Shown: one piece after another, positions 49,326 through 63,200 of the stretch
How positions within the stretch are numbered: position 1 is the first letter of the stretch
Layout: every line of letters begins with the position of its first letter
DNA from: Hydrolagus affinis
Taxonomy: Eukaryota
DNA length: 64,000 bases
Direction: 5' to 3'
Assembly: GCA_012026655.1 (NCBI GenBank)
Contig: JAAILG010001561.1
Location: 1-64,000 of the forward strand
Notes under the pieces: model-generated
The model's input: the letters and a program-made list of their open reading frames with translations, nothing else
The model's database searches: none
Told to the model about the DNA's origin: nothing
Made by a program: the position numbers and the translations under genes

Positions 49326-52300
49326 GTACCCATATTTATAATGGCAGTAAACATTCAGTTCAGTAGAAATTAAAAAATTGTACATATTCCCACTTCTTTG
49401 TAAATTACCCCTTGTTACTAGGGTAGGTTTAGGATCCAAGTCAAAGATAATAATAATAATCCTTGCATTTGATATAGCACCTATAAGTTGTATGTAAACT
49501 AGCATTACAAAATATTTATTTAAAGTTTAGTGGCGAAACGCATCGCTGTGTATAACAGGAGGCTTAAGCTTTCAGTTTGCAGAACAAAAGACTGCAGGTT
49601 TGAATCCCAGTCAGCGCAAAGTTAGCTGGTAACTTTGGGATGTCCTCTCAATGTGAAAGGCACTATACAAATGTAATTTTGTTGTTGTAGTGGTGGTAGA
49701 GAGCACGCATAGTCAGAGGAACGACTAGTTATGTAAGTAAGATTTAGAAGAGGAATACATTTACTGAACAGAGGTCACTAGATCACAGATTAGAGGTGAC
49801 TGAGGTGAGTCCAGGAATGCTGCTGGAGTTGAGATGTTGCTCACACAAGGCAAATCTCCACAAGGCAAAGTCCCTGATCAAAGGCTAACAGCACCTCCTC
49901 CATCTGCTCCCATCCCAGCGGAGTGAAAATTGGAAGGAAAATCACATTCGGCTACCTCTTACAGAGTTTAAACTAATGCTGCAAGAAGGCGTACAAAATG
50001 TAATTCATAGGGTAAATTCATTGGGTTGAGCATTTCTTACGTAAACACAAGAGTTATGTTTACCAGCGTTTTAAGCAAATTTGGAGCAAATATCAGAACT
50101 GGCCTTTCTCAATGCAGTCCCTTCCTATCCTGATTTTCAGAGCGTTCCAGTGGACAGTGCACTCGGACTGTCAAACAGCCTATCGAGCCTAGCCACACAC
50201 TACCCACCTCCTGGCAGGGACTCAGTGGCAAATTAACTGAGGCTACATCCTGCTGGTGAACTTCACCACCGTACCTGCCCTGGTTACCAGTGGCAGTCAC
50301 AGCGCTCATTCCAGGTAGCTAAACAGGTGGCACTGCTAGCGGTGAGATCAATGGCATTATGTGGCATCCTCATTGATGTCACAAGCTGGAATTGACATAA
50401 CAGCAAAATTTGTCCTATTGCAATATATATGCAACTGATCCATAAACAGGACAAACCTAAAATGCTAATTATTCCAATTATTAATAGTTCCTGTTGACAT
50501 CTTGATGCTATGGTTTACAGATCAACTTCCTAAGGAAGGCTGTACTGTATCTGATCTGGGGCTCGGAGGTCAGAGTAGCTTTTACAATTAGCTTCATGTT
50601 AATGATGTGCCAAGAGCTGCATCAAAATTAGAGGATGACAGAGGGTGGCGATAAGCATGTTTGGATAGGCATTGCTAAAATAAACACCCTGACTTGGTAG
50701 GGGGAACTGTTACAGATTTCCAGAAGAGATGAATGGCGAGATGTGTTTGAACTCATAAATGGGGTATTATTCAGGGGAGTTTTTCCCGGGGTATTTCTTC
50801 AAGGCATTAATCAGGAGTGCACACGATTCACGATTGATGATATTATCAGATCCGCCCGATTGAATTACCTCCTTGTACTTCACTGTTGGCCATCAATTAG
50901 TCTCTCCGTGGTGTTCATGGCTTCTCCAAGCACAAGCACACTGATCAATAAACACACTTTTCAGATGAGCTACTTTAGCCCAGGGGTCCATTAAGGAAAA
51001 AGAACGACACTAAACCAATTACGGCACTAAATTTCCCAGGAGCAGACTCCACAATAACAAAAGCAGTATAATATCGACCACACTTATCTCTTAATACCAA
51101 ACTACACCAATTATCTTGCCTAATGGCAGACTATATTTTTCTAGAAATATGAATTGCTCCTACACTTTGCATATTCGTGAACCACTGCTCTCTTTAAAAA
51201 TCTCTTTACTGCACTAACTTGTGCCAGTTAATTTGGAAATATACATTTACTGTTATACTTTGCTTTGCCCCAGAAGCAAAAGGCCACTTCTATCACATTA
51301 AGACGGCCCTTTGGCATACTTTATCATTCAGTACATTTCCCATTATTACCCTGTGGAACCTCTTAGAACTATTGTTCCCATTACTAAACAGTAACACAAG
51401 TTAGCTGGCTTATCAGGAGGTCATTTGTGGTGCAATGCAGCTACACTTAATGCACATTTCTGGCTAAATTTAGTGACCTTGGGATTGTCCTGCTGGGTAG
51501 CCATTGCTGGGATAAACACAACAGAAAGAAGAGTAAGGCTCTTCTTTTTAAAGAAGTACAATTGATGGGATCAAATACAGAAAATGCTGGAAATGGACAC
51601 AAGGTTGATCGGCATCTGAAAGAGAAAGCTGTGCAAATATTTTAGGTGTGACCCTTCATGAGAACTAACTTTCAGACTCTGATGAGGTGCTGCGCATTGC
51701 TTGTCTTCATTAGTATTTTCCGCCAGTAAAATAACTGAAGATAGCATCTGTGAGAATAGTTAAGTGGGAGCAATAAATCCCTCAACTCACATCCTTGTGC
51801 TGTCATAGTCAATATAAGTATCATTTTATATGCAGTATTCATGCCAGTTAGCACTTAAATTAAGAAAACAAACAGATAAAAATTAGATCGAATCAGTTAT
51901 CTGCAGCAGAATGGTCGGGAGCTTCACATCACTGCAGAGTGTGGGAATGAAGGAGATTTATGAATATCTGCCAGAGGAAACTAATTTTACATAAAAAGAA
52001 TTGTAAAAGATAAATTCTCTTTATTATGTGATTAGAATGTGGTTACACAGGATCCCAGGGAGTAAACGATCTTATCTCATGGCTCAACAGAAGCAGAGAC
52101 AGGATTCTGGAACCTGAGCTCTGCAATCAAACCAGCCTATTGGATCTACCTCACCCATTTCACAAAGAGTAGACCTTGAAGCAGAAACCGTGATTAGGGA
52201 GATAGACGGAGGCACAATAAATAGCACAAGCAGCAAACCAATTACGGGATAAATACTGTAAGGGAATGGGAATCCATTTTGCTGACAGGATCAAACCAGT

Positions 52301-53454
52301 AATGAAAATGCAACTGAGCTCAAGTAGATACTTTACCTAAGGCTATGCGTCCCATGTGTACACACCTCTAACAGAATTAGATTGGCTGCAGATATGCATG
52401 GGATACAGGCTTATAGCCCTAGAGGGCACTTATGAGTACTCATTGTTGTGGGTGGGGACACACAAATTGTAGTTATAGACAGATATGTAAAAAGAATAAT
52501 AAATTGGAAATGAATTAGTGTGTTTCCTGCCCTCATCTACTCTGCTAACATGTAAAGTAAAACATTATTGGACCAAGCCATACATTCAATCCTTCAAAGG
52601 ACAATTGACAATTCATTTGGGCACACTAAATATAGAAAATACAATACCTTGTTATTATATATCATATTTGTTAAACATTAGCCTCCAAAAACTCTTAGTG
52701 AATGACAACCCCTTATTTAAATCCAATATTTGAGTCTTGAGATTGGGACAAGATGGTTATCAATGAACACTTTGTTCTAGAATTCTAGATTTGACAGTGG
52801 CTGGAGTAATAAACACTGTCAAGAGAATACAACCCCGAAAACATGCTTAATTCTCAGATCACTCACACAGCTCTTTTGTTCAGTAGGCACTATAAATTAG
52901 CCTTTGTGTCATGGATTTCCTGTTCACAGAGAACTCTTCTGAACTAGGCAGAAATTACAACTGTACCCTTGTTCTGTTCACTTTCACTTAGCCTAGATTG
53001 AAATTGTGATTGCTTATATTTATATATATGTGTATATACAGTATATATATATAGAGAGAGAGAGAGAGATAGAAGCAAACACACACATACAGTCCAGCCA
53101 ATGATTGTTGATAGAGACAATTGTTATTAGCTCACTTCTAAACTTTTACATTTATAGAGCGCCTTTCACGTTGGGATAACGCCCCAAAGACATCCATGCT
53201 ACACTTTTGGGTGACAGTTACCTCATATTGACCTCTCTCAGCGCTAAACTGTATTTCTAACAGCCTTAAAAGGTTGTTCCTTTAGGAAAAGTAATGTATA
53301 GCAAGGAGTAACAGTCTCTTCATGATGGTCGATAATCACCTTGTAATTTGCATGGGGGAAAATGTTGTGCTCCTTTGCAAATCTGTCTGAAGAATATACA
53401 AGTTTCAGTTGTTAGTGCAACTGAATATATTTTATTGGTAATGTTGTAACATTA

Positions 53455-54003
53455 GCTAGAGTACTGTATCCAATTCTGGTCACCACACTATAGAAAGGAT
53501 GTTAAGGCATTGGAAAGGGTGCAAAGAAGGTTTACTAGAATGATACCAGGATTGAGGGACTTCAGTTATGAGGAAAGGCTAGATAGGCTAGGTTTATTCT
53601 CTTTAGAACAGAGAAGGTTGAGAGGAGACCTAATAGAGGTTCATAAAATCATGAGGGGATTCCGACAGGGTGAATAAGGAAAAACTGTTTCCACTGGTGG
53701 GCGAATCTGTAACTCGTGGTCACAGATTTAAAATCGTTCAAAACGAAGCAGAGGGGAGCTCAGGAGAAATTGTTTCACTCAGCGGGTTGTTCGAATCTGG
53801 AATGCATTGCCTGAAAAGGTGGTGGAGGCCGATTCGATGACAGCTTTTAAAAAAGAATTAGATCTTTATTTAGGGAGAACAGGTCTGTTAGGTTATGGGG
53901 AGAGAGCTGGGCAGTGCGATTGAGTTGCTCTTTTCAAAGAACTGGCACAGACTAGATGGGCTGAATGGCTTCCTTTTGTCCCGTAAAATTCTATGATTCT
54001 ATG
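53455..54003 (+). mobile_element. CR1-clade LINE 3' fragment
   Basis: LEYCIQFWSPHYRKDVKALERVQRRFTRMIPGLRDFSYEERL...RRLRGDLIEV, then a frameshift, 3' UTR and (ATTCTATG)n tail. Confidence 0.92.
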
Positions 54004-54617
54004 TCGAGGTGACATTTATGGTTTAATCTGATCTGCCTCTAAATCTAACACAACACTTCACAGTAACATGGAATCCCTCGCCTCACAAGTGAGAGGACCC
54101 GTGTTTGATTCCCAGGCGAAGCAAGTTTCCTTACTCCAAATGCCTCTAGTTACCTATCAGTAAGTAGAAACCCAGTTGTTAGTCGATTGGCAGATTGCTT
54201 TCTGGAGGTAATAATCCCTCCCAAATGAAATAAAAAATTATTTACTCAATCCATGACTGTGTGTGGGCCAAGGCTCTGTCCAAATGGTTGTCACATTTTG
54301 CTCAGAAAATACAGTCAATCCACTTTACAGTATATTCTGTGAAGCACTTTGATGCGGCTGAGACAGCTCAATAATGTGATAGAACATTATAGTAATGCAA
54401 GCTTTGTTTACAACATCATGTACTCAAAAAAAATCATAACAAGGGTGGGAAGTGCTAATTAGAGCCCCCTGAATGATCCTTGTGGTCAGATTGAGGTTGA
54501 CAGTTATTAGTGTCCCTGAGCTGGAATAGAAAGAATGAGACCTGGTTCCTGATTCTAATTTCTCTCAACTAACTTCTGGTGGAAAGTAAATGGGTGACCC
54601 TCATAGGCTAAGCTTGC

Positions 54618-54775
54618 ATATAAAAAATTGGATAGGTACTTGAAAAGGAAAATACTGCAAGGATATGGGGAAAGAGCGGGCGAATGGGACTGATTGGGTA
54701 GCTCTTCCAAAGATCTGGCATTGACACTATGATCCAAATGGCGTCCTTCTATGCTGTTATATTCTATGATTCTAT
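54618..54775 (+). mobile_element. CR1 3' end
   Basis: Similar 3' UTR with ATTCTATG repeat. Confidence 0.75.
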
Positions 54776-55105
54776 AACAGATTTCAATTGAGTGCAGCTT
54801 AATTTTATACACAGAAGACACTCGCTGTTTACAATGCAAAATAACATATGTACTGTGAGGGCAAACTATTTCAGTCACAGTGAGACTCTGCTTGTATTTC
54901 TAAAAGGGAAGGTGACAATCCTCTGCCCTTTTCAAATCAGTGCTGCTTTAGATTGCATTGTTGTGATAAAATTGAGAAGGCAAAAACGCTGTTTAAAACA
55001 AAGCAGTGTTTTCAGGAGTGAATGTAAAATACGTTTGTGTGCATATGTTTCTTGTGTTTGTAATATTCTTCTCAGTTATTAGATCATCCTTATTCTCTTG
55101 TGCAG

Positions 55106-55151
55106 GATGATTACATCCGAAGCTGGGATCAGAAGCAGTCTTTTGATGAAG
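55106..55151 (+). CDS. SPOCK2: SPOCK2 46-nt coding exon
   Basis: tgcag|GATGATTACATCCGAAGCTGG...GATGAAG|gtgagt = DDYIRSWDQKQSFDE; the following exons were not found in the window. Confidence 0.92.
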
Positions 55152-56040
55152 GTGAGTTGTCCTTTTACTGGAAATACTGAGCACGTATTGACTAATTTGA
55201 TGCACTGTTTTGAGACCAAGGACACATCAGAGTTTCAAGATCACCCTCAACTTCAGTTCTTGAAAAATGCTCCATCAGGAGTTGAACAATGTCCTCTGGC
55301 CTCTGGGATTTGGCTTCAGTTCCAGCTGAAGGCAAACGTTACAAAATTGTCCTGATTTAAACAATCCAACACGGCAGCAGCAAAGGATGGCAGGAGGAGA
55401 AATGGAGCTGTTGTCTATGTGTAACCTATTATTGGAATGGGTTGAGTTTATTATAAAAGGTTACAGCTTGAAGGGAACTGCTAACACTGTTACCCCACCA
55501 CAATCGTAAGGCTCATATTGCAGTTAAAATGTACAATATGGACTGCCTGACACACTAAATCTAAAATAAGTAATGAATGTGGGGGATTATCACGTGCAGC
55601 AGTATCACCAGGTTAAGCAGTTGTATGCTATTGTAGGCCATTCCCTAGTTGTCTTCTTGGGAATGAAAATCTATTTTTTTTTCCTCCCTTTTCTTCAACC
55701 TTCAGTGCTGTGGATCAGAACCGCCTGATAGAGCACACAGATCGGGTATCCCCGTTACCAGTATGAAATATTCACTAGTAGGTGATTGAGAATGACAGGA
55801 TGCCACTGTCATTCATGCCTGAGCATACCCTGCTACCATGTTCCCTCCCTTTTGGGAAGTACTTTCTCTCTGCTTATCTTGCATACGCTGTCTGCAATTC
55901 TAGACTCCTACCATAACCCCACACATATAGTACTTTGGATTTGCAAAATGCTCTGCCTTTACACCACCCAGCACGAGTTAGTTGAACCCTTTGGGTTTAT
56001 GCCTCCAATCAGATGATTCAAAAACAATTTTCATTTAACA

Positions 56041-56185
56041 CAAACAGAAGTTGCTGGGAATACTCAGCAGGTCAGGCAGCATCCATGGAGAAAGGAAAGT
56101 GAGTCAACGTTTCGGGTCCACGACCCTTCGTCAGAATTGGCCTTTGTTTCAGATTTCCAGCATCTGTAGTATTTTGTGTTTTGAC
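56041..56185. mobile_element. Penelope-like element pLTR remnant with internal inversion
   Basis: 56041-56134 is the reverse complement of 14553-14645; 56143-56180 matches 14644-14680 in forward orientation. Confidence 0.72.
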
Positions 56186-59009
56186 TATTTTCATTTAGTT
56201 GTGTTGTAGCCTGAAAAAGATATCAATTCTCAGCATTGGTGCAGAGAAAGTCCACGGACTGATGCGCATCTTTTACCATTATTAATCACATGGAATTAGA
56301 TATCCTTGCTCTGCGTTTCTTCTAATAAATGTAATTGTGTTTGTTGGTTCCACTGAGCACTTTGGGCAATAAGAATCATGTGCAATATCTTTGCCCACTG
56401 CCGTTAATAGGAACAAATCTCCTGTTTTTGGTGTCTGCCTACAGACTGATTGTGGGCTGAATTTTTTTCAGTCCCTACAGACTATTTGCCACGTTGCCAG
56501 GTAAGTGATCTATGAATGTTTGCATCTATTTCTGTGCATTCTGCATTTTTCTCTGTCCATTCTTCTTTCAGATGTGTTAAAGCCTAAAGATTGGTTGCAA
56601 TGCAGTCTGTAAGACTGTGAATTCACAGTGTCCAGAGGGAACATTCATCCCTAATTCTCTGCTCTATTCGCAAAAGGGATTTTGCTCAGGGAATGCAGAG
56701 TGGGAGAGGGGAGTGTCGTTGCACTTCTTATAGTTAGTAAATTCTGGTGCAATGAATGGAATCATTCTATCAGACCATGCATCTATTCCACACCCTATTG
56801 CCAATATATGCTTTAGAGGCAGGTGTTCTCTGGTGCTCCCTGAGAGGAGATTTCAGCGAACCTTGGCGCCCAGCTTTGTTTGCTTGAAGTAAAAACTGAA
56901 ATTGTTAATGATCTGACATATGCCTTATTGATGGGTATGCAGGCCAGTCCATGCCCATAGGAACATTTAGTAGATTAATCTTCACTCTCAGATTTAAAAT
57001 GTTATTTTTTATTTAAAAGCATACCTAGAAATAGTGCATTGCACACCATGGAGCCAGCCGGGCCAGCCTCTCTGCTGCCTCTCCTCTCAGTAAGTTGGAA
57101 GAAGTAAAGTGATACAGAGTCATTTGTGTCTTTCCTATAGGAGGTTCTGGCCAGTGCAATTGTGAATGGCTGGGAACTGGCAGTTACAGTGTTCCTGGCA
57201 CCAATACTGTCATACAGCCTTTTTTTAATCAAATTTTACATGAACAGGGGTCTATTTGAGGGCAGAGACTAAATCTGTTTGAAGAGAGAATGAGGAGGCG
57301 TCTGGGTAGAAATTATGAATCGATTCTAACCTTCTCCCCCTCTGCAGATCCTGGCTACTGCCTCATTATATTTCTGCCTGTGCTGCTCAGTGACACAGAT
57401 TAGCACAAAGCAATCACATCTGCTAAAGGGAAACAGATCAATGTCTGCACTGACTGCTGAGCTTCTGGGCTCCATGTAACCTGGTGTTATGATTACTCGT
57501 CTTTCTTACCTGCCAGAGATCGATCTGAGTGCACAGAGTAAACCGGGGCTTATCTTTTAACAGTCAAAGACTAGAGATTGATGCAGGGCTGAGTGAGCAG
57601 GGCTTTGAGAATGTGAAGTACCCTAAATGTCCATTAATTCCAAGGCAAAGGCAGCAACAGACAGAGGGGACTAACACAGAGCGATAACAACACTGTGCAA
57701 CCACATAAGTATAAATCGTCATTCTTCAACGGTGTGCAGGAAGACAGCAGAAATTGCACTGGGTTTCTATTTCTTTCAGATTAATGTGGATCCATATGAC
57801 TCTTTCTTGAGATTTGGTGATGCATTTGTCCCTTAATATTTATGTCTCTTTTCTGCATTATGATATCCCAAAACACCATGACTGGTGAAAAGCTGTTGAG
57901 GCATCTGTCTCCCAGGCCTCTGGTTCACAGACATCAGCTAAAGGTACAATAAGAAATACTGTACAACCAAATGTCACAGGTTAAACTCCTGCTTTTGAGT
58001 TTGCTGTACCCAGTCAGAGCATCAATCTAGTCACGACAGTTCACCTCAGTATCTGGGGCTACAATGAGGAAACATCAATTGAGGGTTCCTTATCTTATCA
58101 CCATCCAATAAATTCTGAAAACTGCCATGTGTTGATGCTGGGTGAGGACAAGCTTGGGTTTGACTGTGATGCTCCCTTATGACTAAGTCATCTGCCAACA
58201 CGAACTGTCACACATGAAGAATAAACTGTTGGATGAGGTGAGGGGGCGAGGATGAGGGGTGGTGGGGATGGGCACTCATGGAATTCTACCCCAGGAAGAG
58301 TCAGGAGAGAAAACAAGAAAAAATGCAAAGGGAAATCAAAATATTCCTTGCATTTGATTATAGTGCCTTATAACGTCTTTGAAACGCCTCAAAGCGCTTC
58401 ACTGACTACACTGTAAAGTGAATTTACTGTAAATTTGTGGGCAAAATGTGGGAGGGATGTAAGACTATGAGAACGTATAGGATTAGAATATTGCTGCTGT
58501 ACAGGAACAACAGGTCTGGGCAGGCAGGCAGTCAGCATAATAAGACGTGGGAGAAAATGTATTCTCTTTGTTTTTGATATTTTAGAGTATAACAACACAA
58601 GACAGTTTATTTTATTTCAATTATATATGTTCTGCCTCCCCGTTCAGTTTGTAATGAAAGAATAAACCTATTTTACACATTGCAGCATTGCAGTTACAGG
58701 AGTTGCAAGTGAGACAAAGCACAAGACGAACAATAATAGCTGGAATGGCTAACCTTTTACCCAGTATGTATTGGCCTCCCAACAGCAGTTGACAAAGAGG
58801 AGCAAACAAGTCACACAGGGCCAGGTGTTGATGAATTGTTACTTTGCACCAAGGGTGAGGTTTACATATATGCAATTTGGCACAGGTGCATCTGAGCTGT
58901 ACAGCAGCAGACAAGAGCCATTTGTTAACTTTTACCCAGCTGAATGACGGGGTGTGACACTCTGCGTGTGTTTGTGCTATTGGAAGCGATGCAGTTTTGT
59001 TACTGGCTA

Positions 59010-59200
59010 CCAATGGGGACCAGGCTTTCGATCTTTCTGCCCTCACTCTTTGGAACTCCATCCACAATTCCTTCATCTTGTTCCCTCCCTTGTCTCCTTC
59101 AAGGTTCGACTCCAGACCCTCCTTTTCTACCGTGCCTTCAGCCGTACCTCTCTGCCTGCCCTCATCCCAATTCTGGTTCCTGTCCCCCATTGGGGTCGAG
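59010..59200 (+). mobile_element. L2-clade LINE 3' fragment
   Basis: NGDQAFDLSALTLWNSI...SFKVRLQTLLF. Confidence 0.7.
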
Positions 59201-59972
59201 ATCAGGGAAGGTATTTACTTTCGACAGACCTTAGGAGAGTGAGTGGAACGTGATTCTCACTTGGTGTTTATATTGCTGTGGGTGCAAAGTGCACGACTCC
59301 TGGAACTACCTCCTTCTGGTGATCTCAGGAACAACTGACCTTCACATTAGCTCATCCTCTACGTACATTGTATAGTTAATGGCAAATCATTGCCAAACAG
59401 TACAGAGCTGCTGGCAAGCATGCAGAGCAAGTGCAGCACAAGACATAAGATGAGTCATACAGACCCCACTGTGAGTAGATTGTTAGCTTTTACCCAGTGT
59501 GTAATGGATTTGACAATGAGCCATGCTGTAATCACACACTATCAGACATTTTTACCTGACTGTCAATCGGACGTACACAAGTCATACAATACAAGATATG
59601 GATGAACCGTTATATCTACTGTACATCTAGAATATACCCAGGATCTGACACTGAAACATGAAACCCCGGGTGTGAATGAGTGGTTAGTTTTTAACAGTTG
59701 TGCTACACAATATGATGATGAGTAGTCGAGCTGTCTGCTTGCAGCAAAGCAGCATTCATTCTTAGTGACGAGCTAAGTAAATAGACATGGGGGGTGGAGG
59801 GAATTTAGTATTATACACCAAAGTACTTTGTCACTGTGGACAGGATCCACAAACCAAATAAATTAATCGGGGATTCAAAAGGCTGTCACATCATAGAATT
59901 CAACTTTTGTGAATGCAAAATACCAAATTACATTTTTGGTATAGCACCCTTCATGTCGGATTAATTTACATG

Positions 59973-60230
59973 TGGAGTCCTGCAGCTCTGTGGTGAGAGC
60001 ACTCGCCTTACAAGCGAGAGATCTGGGTTCCATTCTTGGCAGGAATAAATTGGTCATTTCAATCTATGATTGTTGGTGGGACACTGCTGTGTGCAATTGG
60101 CTGTCGCGTTTCGCCCACAAATATACAGTCAATTCACTTTACAGTATATTCTGCGAAGTGCTTTGAAACTTTGAAATGTCTAGAAGAAGTGAAAAGCGCT
60201 ATATCAAGTGCAAAGATTAATATTATTATT
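59973..60230 (+). mobile_element. tRNA-derived SINE
   Basis: tRNA-like head, shared body and ATT tail. Confidence 0.78.
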
Positions 60231-63200
60231 GTTGCTGTTAGAGATTTTCAGGAATCATTTTGTAGACAGGTCCAGTAAAAAATATTCCCTTTGTTTCTAG
60301 TTCCTTTGCCTTCTATAGTCAGTATGTATTGAGGAGATGCATGAAAACACCTCTATCACATACTGTAATTACGCTTCACAAACTCTGGTCTGATAGATGA
60401 GTTGTAGGGCTAACATCTTGTACCTTTGTGGCACAGTGTGTTGGAGCCAGCAAAGCATGACAAGAGTGTTTCACAATCCAACTTGAAACTAAGTGCAGAC
60501 ATATTAAATTCTGTGCAGACAGTGGGATTGAATAGCCATGCAAGCTGACCTCTGTTATTAAAGACACAGTGTTTGACAAGTTGAGAAGAACAAGGCGGAC
60601 ACAACACTGGGGAAATTGCACATGGCCAAGCACAGTGACAGGCAGCAACCTTTCAAACAGAGAAATGAGTAAGTCTGTAAGGCCAGCATTGTTCAACTCT
60701 TATTTACTGTCTGATTCTATTAGTGAAAAGTTGGGTCAGAAAAGGGTCTCTGTGCCAAAGACCGGAAGCAAGGGAGACAGACTGGAACCTTACAAAAGGT
60801 TAAAAACAATCCTAAACAATGTATAAACAAGCCTTGGTAATGAGGACAGCGTGAAAGAACTGCCGGTTGGGTAGATTCAAGGAACTCTTTCTTGTGTTTC
60901 AAACTTTATCAAGCCACTTTATCAAGTTAAATACAGTGACCTGGAAAGATTATCCAGAACTTTGCAGCTCACATCCTCTCCCATATTGGGCTGGCTCAAC
61001 AAGTCCATCATCTCCATCCTTGCCTTGAGCTACTCGCTCCTCATCTCCCTTGCAGATCAACTTCTGCAATCTCCTGTGACTCTACTCACCTGGCAACTCA
61101 TTCCACTCCACTGAACTCTGGTCTACTTCATGCTCCCGCCTGCTCCACTCCACCATTGGCAAGTAAACTTTCAGCCCCTACACCCTTCTTCTTGGCTTCC
61201 AAAACCCATCTAAAATCTACCTCTTTGACTGCACCAGTTTTTGGCCAATTAGCCCTTTACGCCCCCCACCCCAATCATCCTTTGAACTCTGGCTCACGTC
61301 CGTTACTGCAAAGCTCTCTGAGCCATTCTACTTATATGAAAGACACTATATAAATATAAGCACAAAGCATTGTGGAATACTTACCATTGGCTCTTATGGT
61401 CTACAATGGATATGTGAGGGCTCTTGTTTTAATACACGTGAGGAGTTGTTATTTTGTGTAATATATATAAGGCCCTATTGTTGTGTATATTATATATCAG
61501 AGCCTGGTGTTAACTATTTTACCCATATAAAAAAAGGTAAATAGCCAGCACATCAGAATGAACACAAGCAGGATGCTGATTATGGAGAAGGTTATTTAAT
61601 GGCCACATAAAAGCAATGACTGCTTGACATCAAAGATAGATAGAGATAACCTTTGAGAAAGATAATGTCCATGTTCTGATATTTGACTGTGTCATTTACA
61701 AGGATATAATCTTCAGAAAATAGTGCAGTAAAGAGTGATGTGTATGCATTACACACCATTAAAATCTTTTAGTTGCAAATGTATTCCCAGTAACTCCTCT
61801 ATATAACACGGATCCTAATGATTATTTAATGAAGTCATAAAAGTTTAAAGACTCCTGTTTTTCATAGATTTGCAGACTGTGTTCTTACTGAATGGCACAT
61901 TACCAGCAATGCTAAACATTGTAATGCAGTCTTCTGAGTGAGTTACCCACAACACCACTTCTTGGGACAGACATTGGTAACATCTTGTCGTCACGATGTA
62001 CAGTATAAGCGATAGTTAGCTGCATTTCCTTTGCAGTTCCCAAAACACAGCCACTGTGATCTCCAACTGTGTAGGATGACACAAAAGTAAGCGATTACTG
62101 AGTAATTTTAACAGCATCTTTTGTGAAGCATTTTTCATGAAAAAAAATGTTTCTTGCTGTCTATAGAGTTTGCAGCATCACAACAAATTAGCAGGACTCT
62201 GGCTGGCTCCCTGTTTTACTGATCCAGCATAGAGTATATTCAGAGCAGCATCGACCTAATTCTACATTATGGCATTCTCAGTACAAGTTGCCTGTGTGTG
62301 TGTGTGTAAAAAAAAGATGAAAAAGCCTCTGACTCCTCAAAGAGTTAAATTCAAGTCATTCAGAGACAGCACATATATGATGAGTGGCTGTTTGAAAAAA
62401 ATATCTGATCAGGTAACACCAGATCCTATAATAAGGACAATGGTAATTGGTGCATGTTTTTGTTTCCTGTAGGGTATTAATTCTGAGAATAACCCCTCAT
62501 TATAATGGTGCCTTTGGGAAGCTTAAAAACGGGATCAAAATAAAAGAATCATAGTACAAACAGACATACATATCAGATATATCATCCCACACAGATGCAC
62601 CCTGTCAACAATTGCATCTCGAAACAGCTTCCCAGTCCATTGGGAGCATAGCAAGATCCCGGCATTAAACCATTGCAGTACAGTGCTGATTGAAGCCTTG
62701 GCAGTTCTGCTGATATTAATCCTACAGTGCAGTGCGGAACAGAGGCGTTTGGATGGGTGTGACGTCTTTCCCTAACTACTGTATGATTCAGGAACACAAA
62801 ATATCTCTCACATATGAAACCTGAAGAGGTAATCTTAATAAAGCATTGCAGCAAATAGCTGGGTAAATCCTGTCCTATAGAAATTACTGGGTTTCCGTTA
62901 CATAAGTGCAATCTTTATGTTATATACCGTATAAGGTCCATCCTGAAATCCCTAATAACTGGTGTGTGTATGAATCCAGTATCTCTGGTGCGAATATGAA
63001 GTCTGTTTCAGGTCCGTATTAAGAGAGGCATTGGCACTTGTCAATCACAAGCAGCCACGTTCTGCTACAAATTTATACAAATTTTATACCACTACTTTTC
63101 AGAATCTTTAATAATAATAATTATTATTATATTATTTTCAAAATCTGTCAACAAATATCACCTAAGTCCCCTCAGCTGAAGAGTCAGATGGTAAATGTAG

